DNA of 64,000 nucleotides from Octopus sinensis (GCF_006345805.1 NC_043010.1:63364001-63428000); one strand, 5' to 3'. Positions 1-13,451 are shown, counted from the first letter of the stretch. Notes: generated by a model not told the origin, from the sequence alone. Translations and numbers: made by a program.

Positions 1-159
1 AATAAGCTGTCTTGGAGGTGAACTATTCTGAATACTAATTGACACAGTGTAGAGGGAAATCTTAAGTCATGACAGACAAGGTATTTTGTAATGGTGACAC
101 AGTGAGTACACTCACACTATGCTGTAAGATGGTCAGTGATTAGAAGGTTATCCAACCAT

Positions 160-531
160 GAGGCGCAATGGCCCAGTGGTTAGGGCAGCGGACTTGTGGT
201 CATAGGATCGCGGTTTCGATTCCCAGACCGGGCGTTGTGAGTGTTTATTGAGCGAAAACACCTAAAAGCTCCACGAGGCTCCGGCAGGGGATGGTGGTGA
301 TCCCTGCTGTACTCTTTTGCCACAACTTTCTCTTACTTCCTGTTTCTGTTGTACCTGTATTTCAAGGGGCCGGCCTTGTCACTTTCTGTGTCACGCTGAA
401 TATCCCCGAGAACTACGTTAAGGGTGCACGTGTCTGTGGAGTGCTCAGCCACTTACATGTTAATTTCACGAACAGGCTGTTCTGTTGATTCGGATCAACC
501 GGAACCCTCATCGTTGTAACCGACTGAGTAC
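160..531 (+). mobile_element. tRNA-derived SINE, family A (near full length)
   Basis: tRNA-like head with Pol III A/B-box-like motifs (GGCCCAGTGGTTAGG ... GGTTTCGATTCC). A second diverged copy is at 16304-16682, a tail fragment is near 21615-21790, and part of the head region recurs at about 47455-47504. Confidence 0.85.
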
Positions 532-629
532 TTCCAAAATCCAACCATGAAAACCATATCGAAATCACAATACAGAAATATAATCTTTTCTACTGTAGGT
601 AAAAGTCTTGAATTTTTTTTGTGTGTATG

Positions 630-916
630 TGGCCGATGCCAGCACCGCCTCGACTGGCTTCTGTGCCGGTGGCACATAAAAAGCACCAACTGATCGTGGC
701 CGATGCCAGACCTCTCTGGCACCTGTGCAGGTGGCACGTAAAAATCACCCACTACACTCGCGGAGTGGTTGGCGTTAGGAAGGGCATCCAGCTGTAGAAA
801 CACTGCCAGATCAGACTGGAGCCTGGAGCAGCCCCTGGCTCCCCAGACCCCGGTCAAACCGTCCAACCCATGCTAGCGCGGAAAACGGACGTTAAACGAT
901 GATGATGATGATGATG
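630..916 (-). mobile_element. Interspersed repeat family B (SINE-like, (GAT)n tail), with internal GTGGCACGTAAAAAGCACC subrepeats
   Basis: More than 10 copies in the window share TTTAACGTCCGTTTTCCATGCTAGCATGGGTTGGACGG...GGATGCCCTTCCTAACGCCAACCACTCC, adjacent to (CAT)n/(GAT)n. Confidence 0.85.
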
Positions 917-1334
917 TGTGTGTTTTTGCTTGTTGGTTGTTTTATCCTAGTGTCCAGCTAGTACTTATTGTATCGAACCTAAAAGGACAAAAGACAAAGT
1001 CAACCTTGATGGGATTTGAACTCGGAACATACGGCTCGAAGAAGTACTGCAAAGCATTTTGTCAAATGCACTAATGATTCAGTCAGTTCGCTACCTTAAT
1101 TGGATTCAGATTTTGGTAAAACCCACCAATTTTAGGGGAAGGGGTAGTCGATTACATCAACTCCCTCCATATTCCACTGGTACTTATTTTATTGAGCCCG
1201 AAAGGATAAAAAGCAAAGTTTACCTAGGCAGTGTTTGAACTCAGAACATACAGAGCCAGAAGACATTCCGCTGAGCATTTTGTTTGAGGCAATAACAACT
1301 CTGCCAGGCAAGCCACCCTAACAGTCACAAATAT

Positions 1335-1480
1335 AATGGCGTTAGGAAGGGCATCCAGCCGTAGAAACACTGCCAGATCTGACTGGGCCTGATGAAGTCT
1401 TCCAGCTTCACAGACCCCAGTTGAACCGTCCAACCCATGCTAGCATGGAAAACGGATGCTAGATGATGATGATGATGATG
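1335..1480 (-). mobile_element. Family B repeat, partial
   Basis: Same core as 630-916, ending in (GAT)n. Confidence 0.8.
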
Positions 1481-1860
1481 AGAGGAAGAAGGCAGGCATA
1501 CAGGAGTAACACTTGCCAAGTTAGTTCTGAGTACAATGGGGGAATGATCAGGTGGAAACGTCTATAACAGAGGCTGAGAAGTCATCCATCATCAAACAAT
1601 CACAAAAGCATTCTTCTTTTCAAATGAGAAACCTGACATCAGACAACCTACTCCGCACCCTACCCCGCAAGCACTGGGAACCTCCCACTTCTTGTCAAGT
1701 ACAAGTCATTAGGGGCTGCCATCATCGTTGTCGGCATAATGAAAGGTAAGTACGAACACATTGTAGAAATGCTGGAGTGGAGGTGAGGAGATGTGTGGTG
1801 GTGGACAAGTGGTAAGGTGGAGCAGGAGCTTCAGCCGCCAGATCCATCATGAGCGAGGAA

Positions 1861-2060
1861 CATCATCATCATCATCATTTAACATCCGTTTTCCATGCTA
1901 GCATGGGTTGGACGGTTCGACCGGGGTCTGGGAAGCCTGGAGGCTGCACCAGGCCCAGTCTGATATGGCAGTGTTTCTACAGCTGGATGCCCTTCCTAAC
2001 GCCAACCACTCCGTGAGTGTAGTGGGTGCTTTTTACGTGCCACTGGCACAGGTGCCAGGG
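1861..2060 (-). mobile_element. Family B repeat in the opposite orientation to 630-916 (strand assignment arbitrary)
   Basis: (CAT)n followed by the family B core. Confidence 0.75.
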
Positions 2061-2504
2061 GAGATTATTTTAGGTAGGTAACAGTGATGGTATGAATGGA
2101 ATAGGCATATTGTTGAAAAAGAAATAAAGGTACCAACATAGAATATCACCATCACCATCATCATCAGTTTAACATCTACTTTTCCATGTAAGATGAGAAT
2201 ATGTTGGGGCAGAGTATTCTAGAGTTGGCTGCCCTTCCTGTTGCCAATGTCCACTTGTTTCAAAGTAAGGCAATAAGCTCTCAGGATATCAGACATCAAA
2301 ATGGCCTGTACGTGTTTATATATGTGGAAAAATTTAAATCAAACGACACCTTATGATTGAGCCTTTTGCTTACGATGATCACACAACATGCCAAGAAGTA
2401 CAGACATGTTTTTGCAGTGGACTGCAAGCAAACATCATCAGCAAAGTCACTAGTTACAAGCCAGTGGAACACACATGAAAACAAGGCAAATATGAACTTA
2501 GACA

Positions 2505-2915
2505 TACACACACATACAGTGGGCTTCTTTCAGTCTCCATCTACTACGTCCGCTCACAAGGTTCTGGTCGGCCCAAGGATATGGTAGACACTTGCCCAAG
2601 GTACCATACAGTGAGACTGAACCTGAAACTTGTTGGTTGGGGAGTGTACTTGTCAACCATAGCCATATTCCCTTATTTGTTTCAGTCATTTGACTGCGGC
2701 CATACTGGAGCACCGCCTATAGTCAAGCAAATCGACCCCAGGACTTATTCTTTGTAAGCCTAGTACTTATTCTATCGGCATCTCTTGCTGAACTGCTAAG
2801 TGACTGACATAACTACACCAGCATCGGTTGTCAAGTGATGTTGGGAGGACAAACAGAGACATACAAACATATACACGACGGGCTTCTTTCAGTTTCTGTC
2901 TACCAAATCCATTCA
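2505..2915 (-). mobile_element. Two partial family C SINE copies
   Basis: Matches the head and tail segments of the 13069-13451 element in reverse. Confidence 0.7.
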
Positions 2916-2944
2916 CCTGCATCTATGTGACAATAATTAAATTT

Positions 2945-3760
2945 AGACTTGTCATATACAACAGTTACTCTGCAAATGCACCGTCAGGACTGACAGATGA
3001 GCAGAGAGACCATTTCTGTGTGCAAGCCAACTCAGTAATGAATGAGAACAAACTTAGACATGGACAGCATCCTCATGGTTACACCAATACACAAGAGGGC
3101 TATGGATATGATACCAAAAAAAATGAGAAGGGATGAAAAGTCTTGAAGGTTTGTGACATAAAAGACCCAACAATTTGCATTGCTGAATTCAGAAAACTGG
3201 CCAACCTCCTCATCATGTGCTGCTCAGTCGAATATGTAAATCAGATTGACTTTAGTCTGTTGCAATGCATATTCCAGCTCTTTGTATTCTGAGCTTGAAT
3301 ACAGATGAACTTTTCACAGCTGCAACTGGGATTCTGTTAGCTGCGATAGACCTTCTTCAAATCAAGTGACACAGTAACTGGAGGAGCAATACTACATGGT
3401 AGTGAAACACTGGCCATGGATGCAGAGGTTATGCAACAGGAGAGGGAAAAATGAAGCTAGCCTGCTCTGCTGAATGCACAATGTCAGAGTGCATTTATAA
3501 CAAAGTGCAAATGTGTTGAGAGAAAAATTGGACATAAGGAGGAATGAGATGTAACATGCACAAGAAAAGACTGTGTTGGTATGGTCAGGTGATGCATATG
3601 GATGAGGACAGCTGCATAAATAAATGGACTGTGGATGGAACCTGTGGAAGTGGGAGACCCAGGAAAATGTACGAGTGAATACTGACTTCATGGAGTCAAG
3701 CCTCATGGAGAAGATGACAAAAACCGAGACAATTGGCTATTTGCTGTGCTCAAAAAGAAC
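2945..3760 (+). mobile_element. Decayed RTE-clade LINE: AP-endonuclease fragment plus 3' end, internally deleted
   Basis: Frameshifted translation gives SYSANAPSGLTDEQRDHF...EGYGY..KNEKG (APE-like SAYAP and GYG.RN.EG motifs), then KRLCWYGQVMHMDEDSCI...GTCGSGRPRK, typical of the RTE C-terminus (RLRWFGHV.RM...GRGRP.K). Confidence 0.7.
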
Positions 3761-4294
3761 ATATCATTTATGTCTATACCTCTGTCAAACCTTTCCCACA
3801 ACCTATCTTCCCGACACTCATACCTCCATCACTCTCCTAACTATGGCACTATTCATTCAGCTGCTGTAATTACATGAGAGCAAAACTGTTCATATTTCAC
3901 TGCCCCACCCCCCTTATATACTACTGGTCATCATTCTCATTGAAACCACTTCTTTTCTCACCCATCCTGCATTCTCAATATTGTCCCTTACCATTTTATT
4001 TTCCATTGAATGCCCCTCTCTCTCCTGAAAATCCTCTCATATTTGCCTTCAACTGCCACCCCCATCTTTCCACCCCTACATACCACTGACTTGGCCTCTG
4101 TTACTGTGCATCTTCATCCCTATTTCTTGTCTACAGTTTTACTATACTGTTGCTCCCTACCCCTGTTCTTTTACTGCCACATGCCACCTCCTCCTCTTTG
4201 ACCCATTCATATTTCCTTAACCTTCCCCTACAAACTGCACCTAAAGTCACCATCCACTGCGTTCATCTCTACTCCATCTCTAATCATCTTCTAG

Positions 4295-4468
4295 AAGGGG
4301 ATCAGTTAATTATGATCTTATTCAACATATTCCCCTCTCAGATTCATACACTTATTGCAGCAGGCCTTCAATATTCCTACGTCCTGTAGAAGAATTTGGA
4401 ATGCTGGGCCTCCAACCAGGTCTTTCGTGATACCCTTAAAGCCAGGAACTTTTCAGCACACCCTCATA
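4295..4468 (-). mobile_element. Mariner-derived MITE, partial
   Basis: One terminal repeat (AAAGCCAGGAACTTTTCAGCACACCCTCATA) plus the transposase C-terminal tail. Homologous to 24862-25057 and 32505-32718. Confidence 0.7.
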
Positions 4469-4486
4469 CATATATACACATAAATA

Positions 4487-4835
4487 TACTCTTTTACTTG
4501 TTTCAGTCATTTGACTGCGGCCATGCTGGAGCACCGCCTTTAATTGAGCAACTCGAGCCCGGGACTTATTCTTTGTAAACCCAGTACTTATTCTATCGAT
4601 CTCTTTTGCCGAACCGCTAAGTGACGGGGACGTAAACACACCAGCAACGGTTGCCAAGACACACAAATATACACATATACGACAGGCTTCTTCCAGTTTC
4701 CGTCTACCAAATCCACTCACAAGGCATTGGTCAGCCCAAGGCTATAGCAGAAGACACTTGCCCAAGATGCCACGCAGTGGGACTGAACCCGGAACCATGT
4801 GGTTGGTAAGCAAGCTACTTACCACACAGCCACCT
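4487..4835 (-). mobile_element. SINE family C
   Basis: Reverse complement of the 13069-13451 element. Confidence 0.85.
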
Positions 4836-5114
4836 CTGCTCTTCTAGGCTACTAAGAATTCAAGAAACGTGTCACCGAGGCAATGGTTTACAGCTGGATG
4901 CCTTGAAATCTCTGACAACACATCCAACCCATGCCAGCATGGAAATCAAACCTAAACTGATGATGTTAATGATAATGAGACAGATGTAGGCGAGACTGCG
5001 TGGTATGAAGTTTCCTTCCAAACCACATGGTTCTGGGTTCAGTCCCACAACCTTGGGCCTGCTGAAGCCTTGTGAGTGGATTTGGTAGAAGGAAACTAAA
5101 AGAAGCCCACAGTA

Positions 5115-5494
5115 TACTCTCTTTACATGTTTCAGTCATTTGACTGCGGCCATGCTGGAGCACCGGCTTCAATCGAGCAACTTGACCCCGGGACTTATTC
5201 TTTTGTAAGCCCAGTATTTATTCTATCGGTCTCTTTTGCCGAACCGCTAAGTAACGGGGATATGAACACACCAGCATCGGTTGTCAAGCAATGCTAGGGG
5301 CACAAACACACACACACTCATATATATATACATATATACGACGGGCTTCTTTCAGTTTCCATCTACCAAGTCCACTCACAAGGCTTTGGTCGGCCCAAGG
5401 CTATAGCAGAAGACACTTGCCCAAGATGCCACACAGTGGGACTGAACCCGGAACCATGTGGTTGGTAAACAAGCTACTTACCACACAGCCACTC
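5115..5494 (-). mobile_element. SINE family C
   Basis: Reverse complement of the 13069-13451 element. Confidence 0.85.
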
Positions 5495-5580
5495 ATATGT
5501 ATATATATATATGCACTAGACATAATGAAAAATAAGTGCCTGGGTCGATTTGTTCGACTATGAATGTGTGTATATTATAT

Positions 5581-5912
5581 ATTCTTTTACATGTTCCAGT
5601 CATTTGACTGCGGCCATGCTGGAGTACCGTCTTTAGTGGAACAAATCGATCCCAGGACTTATTCTTTGTAAGCCTAGTTGCTTTTGTCGAACCGCTAAGT
5701 TTCAGGGTCATAATGAAATGTATAACATATATATATATATATATATACACGACGAGCTTCTTTCAGTTTCCGTCTACTAAATCCACTCATAAAGCTTTGG
5801 TCAGCCCGAGGCTATAGTACAAAACACTTGACCAAAGTGCCATGTAGAGGGACTGAACCTGGAACCATGTGGTTGGGAAGCAAGCTACTTACCACACAGC
5901 CACTTCTGCGCC

Positions 5913-5913
<1 letters not shown>
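5581..5913 (-). mobile_element. SINE family C, internally deleted
   Basis: Head and tail of family C with part of the middle missing. Confidence 0.8.
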
Positions 5914-5979
<66 letters not shown>

Positions 5980-6039
5980 CATACATACATACATATATAC
6001 ATACATACATACATATATACATACATACATACATATATA

Positions 6040-6117
<78 letters not shown>

Positions 6118-6125
6118 CGTATATA
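5914..6125. repeat. (TA)n/(TACA)n compound microsatellite
   Basis: Directly visible; explains the overlapping YI/HTYI ORFs. Confidence 0.95.
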
Positions 6126-7622
6126 AGGGTATAGATATGACTGTGGTTAACAAGATGATCGCTTCACAACCACATGGTTCCAGGTTCAGTCTCATCTTCG
6201 ACAATGGCTCAGAGCTGACCAATGCTTTTTGAATGAATTCTGTCAGACGGGACAGATTGGGTTTCGGACTTAAAAATAAAGAATGAGATGGACTTGGTCA
6301 ACTAAATCCTTAAAGGGGGTGCCCCCGAATAGGGTGGCAGTTCAATGACTGAAACAAGCAAAATAAAAGTGTATATACATATAAACAATGAACGTATGTG
6401 TGTATATATATACACACACACGTATGTATATATGTGTGTGAATGTAAATATTTATATGTATACACACAAATATACATACATACATATAAATATATATACA
6501 CATACAAATATATGTACGTACATATACAAATGCTTGCACAGGTATATAATTGTGCTCACACATAAACACATATACACGAACACACACACATTCTAGCCAG
6601 ATGTCAGGTTTAATCCTAGGTTTTCCAGCTGTAACCATCTCGTTTCTTTAAGGCTCTCTTTACTGTCTCCCGTCCTTATTCAACAGAGGAGGGCCAGATT
6701 TATGAGAAATGGCTACTATTTCTTGCATGTTTAACGACCACGTAGGAGCTCACTCTTTGGTTTGTGCTTTATCATGTGGACACATAAGATGGGTGAAAGA
6801 TATTTGACCAACTTTTATAATCTGACTAAACTATAGATTGACTCATAAACGGATATATGTATGCGTATATATATATTTGTAATGTATGTGTATATTAGCG
6901 ATCGTTCTTTTCAAATGGGAAGAAAGTACAACAGGGGTACACACACACGCATGGATGTATACACACACGCTTCCTCATATATATATATTCTCACGAAGGG
7001 ACGACTACCAGAAAAAACTTTGTGTGAATTATATATACATGTGCGTGTATGCATGTATGTATGTAAAGTGTGCGTGTGTATATATTTAAAATCTGTAGAG
7101 TTTGGGGATCAGTAGTCAGAAAATACCTGAGATACCTAAGATTATCGTGACCAAGCCACATAAAAGAAAAAAGGTCCTCAAAGTTAAAAGAACAAAAAAA
7201 GACGAAGATGAAGATATACGATAGGATGTGGTGGCATTCATGCCTTTCCGAATGACATTTGCGACGTTAGATTCTGACACGAGGCGAGATAGCCACAACG
7301 TCACGCGGTCCTGGTTTAGCGGAAGAGGCTTACCTCGCTTCTCTGTAAATAAATATTGCGCAAGTAGCTTGATATATAAGTATCTATTTATATTCATATT
7401 AGAATCTATTTATATTCATATCACAGTCTATTTATATAAGCATGTGTGTGTGTGTGTATGGAGAGGGGGGGATTGGAATATTTTCTTTGCTCATGTCTCT
7501 CCCCTCCTCCTCTGTTATAAAACCACTTGAGGTGTGCGTGTGTAGGTTTTTGGAAGCAAGGGGGAACCAATGTGGACAGCGAGGTGACACCTCTATATAT
7601 AACATATATATATGTATATATT

Positions 7623-7658
<36 letters not shown>

Positions 7659-7709
7659 TGTGTGTGTTTGCCTATATATGTTTGCTAAGTGTGTATGTAC
7701 GTACATAAG

Positions 7710-7744
<35 letters not shown>

Positions 7745-8149
7745 CATACATACATATTTATATTATAAAGAGAAAAAGAGAGAGAGAGAGAAAGAGCGTG
7801 TGTGTGAGTGATATATGTGTGTATGTGTATATATATGTCCCATCTCACCAGAACGTCATGGAAACGGGCCAGTAGAGCAATAGAAAGATGAATTGCGGTA
7901 CTATTTAGAAGAACAACAGTAACAGCAGCAGCAATCACAACAACAATACGAACAACGGGGAACGAGGATAAGGAGAATTGTAATAACAATAATAAAGTAA
8001 ATAAACATAAAAAAAATATACTACTAATAATAATAATAACGGTTATAGTAATTAATAACGAACCTGGTCATCAGTAGCAGCAGATGTAGTAATAGTAGTA
8101 GTAGTGTGGTGGTGATGGTGGTTGTGGTGGTGGAGGCGGCGGCGGCTAT

Positions 8150-10730
8150 AGTAAGGAAAGTGTGTGTGAGACTGTTTTGTTAAGTTGACTGAGAAAGGTG
8201 GAGGGAATATGAGGGTGAGTTAGAGAGAAAGATGGAAATGAAAGAGAGGGGAAGAAATATTTAGGTAAGGGTATATGAATGGGGAGATGCTTGAAAAAAA
8301 AGTAATAGAGAATATGTGTACGGGATGAGAGGAAAGAAGGAGGAAGGGGGGGAAAATTTAGACAGGGTAGGATGTTTGTTAGAGGGGCAGAGGTGACGGA
8401 GAGTGAGAGGAAAGAGAGGGAAATAGAGTGAAAGATATGGAAGAAAATTGAGAGTGGGGAGGGAGGAGAATAAAGAAAGAGAGGAAGGAAAATAGAGAGA
8501 GAGAGAGGGGGGGAGGAAAATGGAGAGAGAATGGGTTATCCTAAAGAAGGATGGAAATACAAGTCGAAGTGGATGTCAGATTCTACCAGGAGTCAGGGAA
8601 TAGGAATGGGAGAGTGTTAAAAAATATGATGGAGTTAAAATACAGAAAAAAACATAGTACCAAAGGACAGCATAAAATAAACAGTAAAAATAAATGGAAG
8701 GAAAATTTGAATTAAAAATGAAGAAATAAATTCTGTTTTTTTTCTTTTACGGTTATTTTCTGGATGTTTTTCTAATTTTTTTTTTGGGTTTTTGTAAAGA
8801 AAAAATATATAGCAATATAAAAAGGTCGCTAAAAGAGAAAAGAAGTATAAAGCGAGTTAGAGGATAACACGAAGCATGATAGTAAGTTAGATGTGTAGAG
8901 GAAGAGGGAGAAAAAGAAAGAGGTAGAGAGAAAGAGAAAGGAGAGAAAGAAAAGCAGAAACTTTAAAGAGAGGGGGAAGTGACAGAGTGTGTAAAAAACA
9001 TGTTAAGTGATGTAGACAGAGTAAAGTAGAAGGAAACTTTGAGAGGAGGAGGAGGAAGGGGAGAAAACAAAACACTTAGATATAAGAAAGGAGGAGAAGG
9101 ATAGGCCAGAGAAGAAGAGGGAAAAATGACGTTGATAGAGAGAGAGAGAGAGAGTCAGAGAGACAAGATGTAGAGAAGGAGGGGAAAGCGAGAGAGATAT
9201 GAGGGGGAAGGGGAGGAAAAACGTTAAAAAATATCAACGCAGAGATAGGTTAAAGATAGGCTAGAGGTAGGAGGAGGATGACAGTAGGAGTGGGAGTAAG
9301 AGATAACGAAGGGGAGGAGGGTGAAGAAGGTGAAGCTGAGGTAGATAAAAAAATGAAAAGAAATAAAAAAAACCCAGCAGCGTGACACACAGACAGACCA
9401 GAGCTGTGGTGCTTTTTTTAAGTTTATTCGGAAACTTTGCTTTTATTGTTTTGTATTGTTGTTGTTGCTACCGATTTTTTTTTCCTTTCTCTTATCTATT
9501 TTGTTTTTTTGTTTTTGGTTTTAGTTTTTTTACACAGAATGACTCAGTTTATCGCAGAAATGGAGAAAGGAAGGATGAGAGGGAAAGGAAGATAGGTGAA
9601 AGAGAGGGGGGAGAGAAGAGAAAGATAAAGAGTGTCAGAGGGAGAGAAGGGAAGGAAAAAGAGAGTGAGGGGTGTAAAAAAAATAAGGCAGTGAGATAGG
9701 AGAAAAAGGAGAGAGGGAAAGGCAGAGATAGAGAGTGAGGAACAGAGAAAGAGAGAAACATAGGTACAGAGTACGAGGTGGGAGGAAAGAAGTCAAAAAA
9801 TAAGGAAATGAGGATAGAAAGAAAGAGGGAGAGAGAATGGGTAAAAGGAGAAAACAGAGACAAAGACGGGGTGAAGGAAAAGAGAGAGAGAGAGAGAGAG
9901 AGTGGTTAAAAAATAAGTTTGTAAAAGGGAGGAAGAGAAAGATAAAGCAAGACAGAGTAGGAGGGAAATATAAGAATGTGTATGAGAGAGAATGCAGAGA
10001 GAAAGGATGAGAAAAGGGCGAATAGAGATTGGGAAAAGAAAGTGAAAAAGTAAGGAAAAGAGAAAGGGAAGTTGGGTTGAGGGTAAGGAGAAAGATAGAA
10101 AGGCATAGAGAAGAAAGGATAGGGAGTTTGAGAATGATTGATAGGTAGATAGATTGAGAGAGGGAGAGAGAGGATTTTTTTTTTGTTCCAGAGAGAGAAG
10201 TAAGGGGGAAAGCAAGAGGAAATTAAAAAGAGGGATAAGAAAGGAAGGGAAGAGACATGGTTAGAGAAAAGGAGAGGGTAAGTATGGAAAGAGAGTGAAA
10301 GAGTAGAGGCGAAATGGGGCAGAGAGAGAAACAGAGACACACTGAGAGGGAGGAGAAGAAAAGCTAAGATAGAAGAGAGAGTGTAATAAAGAAAGTGAGG
10401 GAGGGAGAATAGGGCAAAGATGAAGATAGAGAGGAAAAAAGCGAAAGGAACAAAGAGAGAAACAGGGAGGGAGAAATATAGAGAAAAATAGAGAGTAATG
10501 AGTAGAGAGAAGGTAAAAGAGAGAGACTAAAAGGAATAGGGAGGAAGAATGAAAGGGAGAAATAAGCGTGTAAGAAGATGAGTGAGATAATAAAAAAAAT
10601 GGAAATTAGATAGAGAGGAATTGATATAGAGGTGAGGGGGTAAAGAGAGAGACAGAGAGAGAGAGGGAATGAGATGCGGGGTTTGAAAGAGGGGAGTTCT
10701 AACAAAAGAGAGACTGTACGACGCACAGAC
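8150..10730. repeat. Long purine-rich (GA/GGA/GAA) low-complexity tract with short unique islands
   Basis: Strong strand asymmetry (A/G on the + strand); explains the S/L/F-rich minus-strand ORFs. Confidence 0.85.
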
Positions 10731-10829
10731 ATTCATGTGTGCTTGTGTGGAACTAACAGACTCTCTTGTATTGAGGAATGGAATTTAGAGAAGTAACAAA
10801 AAACAAATTCACAGAATGGTAGTAATTTG

Positions 10830-11744
10830 TGCTGGTGGTGATGGCGGTGGCGGCGGTGGGGATGGTCGTGATGGTGGTGGTGGTGGTGGTGGTGGTGGTG
10901 GTGATGTTGGTGGCGGCGGTGGTTATGTACTGGTGATGGAGGAGGTGGGGGGACGGTGGTGGTGGTAGTTAGTGATATTGATGACAATGATGATGATGGT
11001 TATTGTAGAGGTTATTTTACGGAGGTGGTGGTGGTGAGGTGGAGAAGTGCAGAGCAGCAAAGGTGAAGATAGTGGTTATACTCATGACGATGATGATGAT
11101 GGTAGTTATACTGTTGGTGGAGGGGTGGGGTGACAAAGGTGATGAATAGAGCAGTGAAGGTGGTGGTGTCGGTGCTAGCGATAGTATCAGTGGCGGTGGC
11201 GATGGTGGTGGTGGTGGTGGTGGTGCTTACTGATCGTGGTAATTGAGGTGGTGCAGGAGGGGGCTCAGAGGAGGGTGATGAGGTTGATGAAGGGGATGGA
11301 GTTGAATGAAGGGTATGGTGGTAACGTTGATAACGATGGTAAGGATGTTGGTAGTAGTTGTGATGGGGATGGTTACAGTGTTAGTGATGTTGGTGATGTA
11401 GATGATGATAATGATGATGATGGTAGTGCTAATAGTAGCCATGCTGGTGGTGGTGGCAGTTGTTGTTGTTGTTGGTGGTGGTGGTAGTGAAATTACTTGA
11501 GGTGACAGAAAGATGATGGTGATGGTTGTGATGGCAATGATGCTGTTGGTAAGAATAATGATGATGATGGTTATGATGGTGACAGTGGTAATGCTGATGG
11601 TAATGATGATGGGGACGACGACGACGACGATGATCATGGTGATGATGATGAAGATGGTGATGGTGATGATGATGATGATGATGATGAAGATGGTGATGAT
11701 GATGATGATGATGATGAAGATGAAGATGGTGATGATGATGATGG

Positions 11745-11778
<34 letters not shown>

Positions 11779-11927
11779 GATGAGGATGATGATGATGATG
11801 ATGATGATGAAGATGATGGTGATGGTGATGATGATGAAGATGGTGATGATGAAGATGATGATGATGATGAAGATGGTGATGATGATGATGATGATGATGA
11901 AGATGAAGATGGTGATGATGATGATGG

Positions 11928-11961
<34 letters not shown>

Positions 11962-12235
11962 GATGAGGATGATGATGATGATGATGATGATGAAGATGAT
12001 GGTGATGGTGATGATGATGAAGATGGTGATGATGAAGATGATGATGATGATGAAGATGGTGATGATGAAGATGATGATGACGGTGATGATGATGATGAAG
12101 ATGGTGATGGTGGTGTTGATGATGATGATGATGATGATGAAGATGGTGATGGTGATGAAGACGATGATGAAGATGGTGATGATGATGAAGATGGTGATGA
12201 TGATGATGACGGTGATGATGATGGTAGTAGTGATA
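10830..12235. repeat. (GGT)n/(GAT)n compound trinucleotide tract; the (GAT)n part has an internal duplication of about 183 bp
   Basis: Visible repeat. The variant pattern GAAGATGAAGATGGT...GAAGATGAGGAT near 11716 recurs 183 nt later. Confidence 0.9.
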
Positions 12236-12479
12236 AAAGAGTGCAAGGATGATAACAGCCAGTAGGCTTGAAAGGCTAATGATATGGTAGATTGGAAGAT
12301 GGAGGCGAGGAGAGAGAGAGAGGACTGGAAACTTATCTGTGTTGGACAGAAAATAAATTATAATGTGTTTTGAACAGCAGAGAAAATGTGGGGTTTTTTG
12401 GTGTTTTTTTTTTACTTGCTCTCTCACAATCTGCACAAATTTTTTCAAAAATGTGCACACATCCATACGTATATCTGTG

Positions 12480-12559
12480 TATGTTTATACACATAGCACA
12501 CATATGTAGGTGCATATATTACACATACATATGCTGGTGTATAAATATATATTTGTATG

Positions 12560-12591
<32 letters not shown>

Positions 12592-12595
12592 TATG

Positions 12596-12644
<49 letters not shown>

Positions 12645-12888
12645 ATATATACATACATGTATATAAATGTATGTATGTGTGTTTATGGTTACTATATGTG
12701 TATGTGTGTACATACATATATGCATGTATATGTATATATATGTATAAATATATATATATACATATATTTACATATATATACATGTACATACATATCTGTA
12801 TACACACATATTTACATTTATATATGTGTGTGTATATGTATATGTATATATACGCACACACATATATATTTATGTATATGTGTGTGTG

Positions 12889-12954
<66 letters not shown>

Positions 12955-12965
12955 TATATATATAA
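12480..12965. repeat. (TA)n/(TG)n/(CA)n microsatellite block
   Basis: Directly visible. Confidence 0.95.
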
Positions 12966-13068
12966 TCAGACTGGAGACTGGTGTGGCCTTCCAGCGTGCC
13001 AGCGGTCAAACTGTCCAGTCCAACCCATGCCAGCAAGGACAACAGATATTAAATGATGATGATACATA

Positions 13069-13451
13069 GGCGCAGGAGTGGCTGTGTGGTAAGTAGCTTG
13101 CTTACCAATCACATGGTTCCGGGTTCAGTCCCACTGCGTGGCACCTTGGGCAAGTGTCTTCTGCTATAGCCTCGGGCCGACCAAAGCCTTGTGAGTGGAT
13201 TTGGTAGACGGAAACTGAAAGAAGCCCGTCGTATATATGTATATATATATGCGTGTGTGTGTTTGTCCCCCTAGCATTGCTTGACAACCGATGCTGGTGT
13301 GTTTACATCCCCGTCACTTAGCGGTTCGGCAAAAGAGACCGATAGAATAAGTACTGGGCTTACAAAGAATAAGTCCCGGGGTCGATTTGCTCGACTAAAG
13401 GCGGTGCTCCAGCATGGCCGTGGTCAATAGACTGAAACAAGTAAAAGAGTA
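13069..13451 (+). mobile_element. tRNA-derived SINE, family C (full length, low divergence)
   Basis: GGCGCAGGAGTGGCTGTGTGGTAAG...GGTTCCGGGTTCAGTCCC head (A/B-box-like), central (TA)/(TG) tract and tail ending GACTGAAACAAGTAAAAGAGTA. About 12 copies in the window. Confidence 0.9.

Noticed and set aside
160-235. tRNA genes at the SINE heads (also 13069, 26100-26168 and 35250-35322)
   Set aside because: A/B-box-like motifs continue into repeated SINE bodies, and no complete cloverleaf is evident.
11227-12466. Poly-His (345 aa), poly-Ile (339 aa) and poly-Met (250 aa) ORFs
   Set aside because: They are alternative frames of one (GAT)n tract, which is stop-free by construction.
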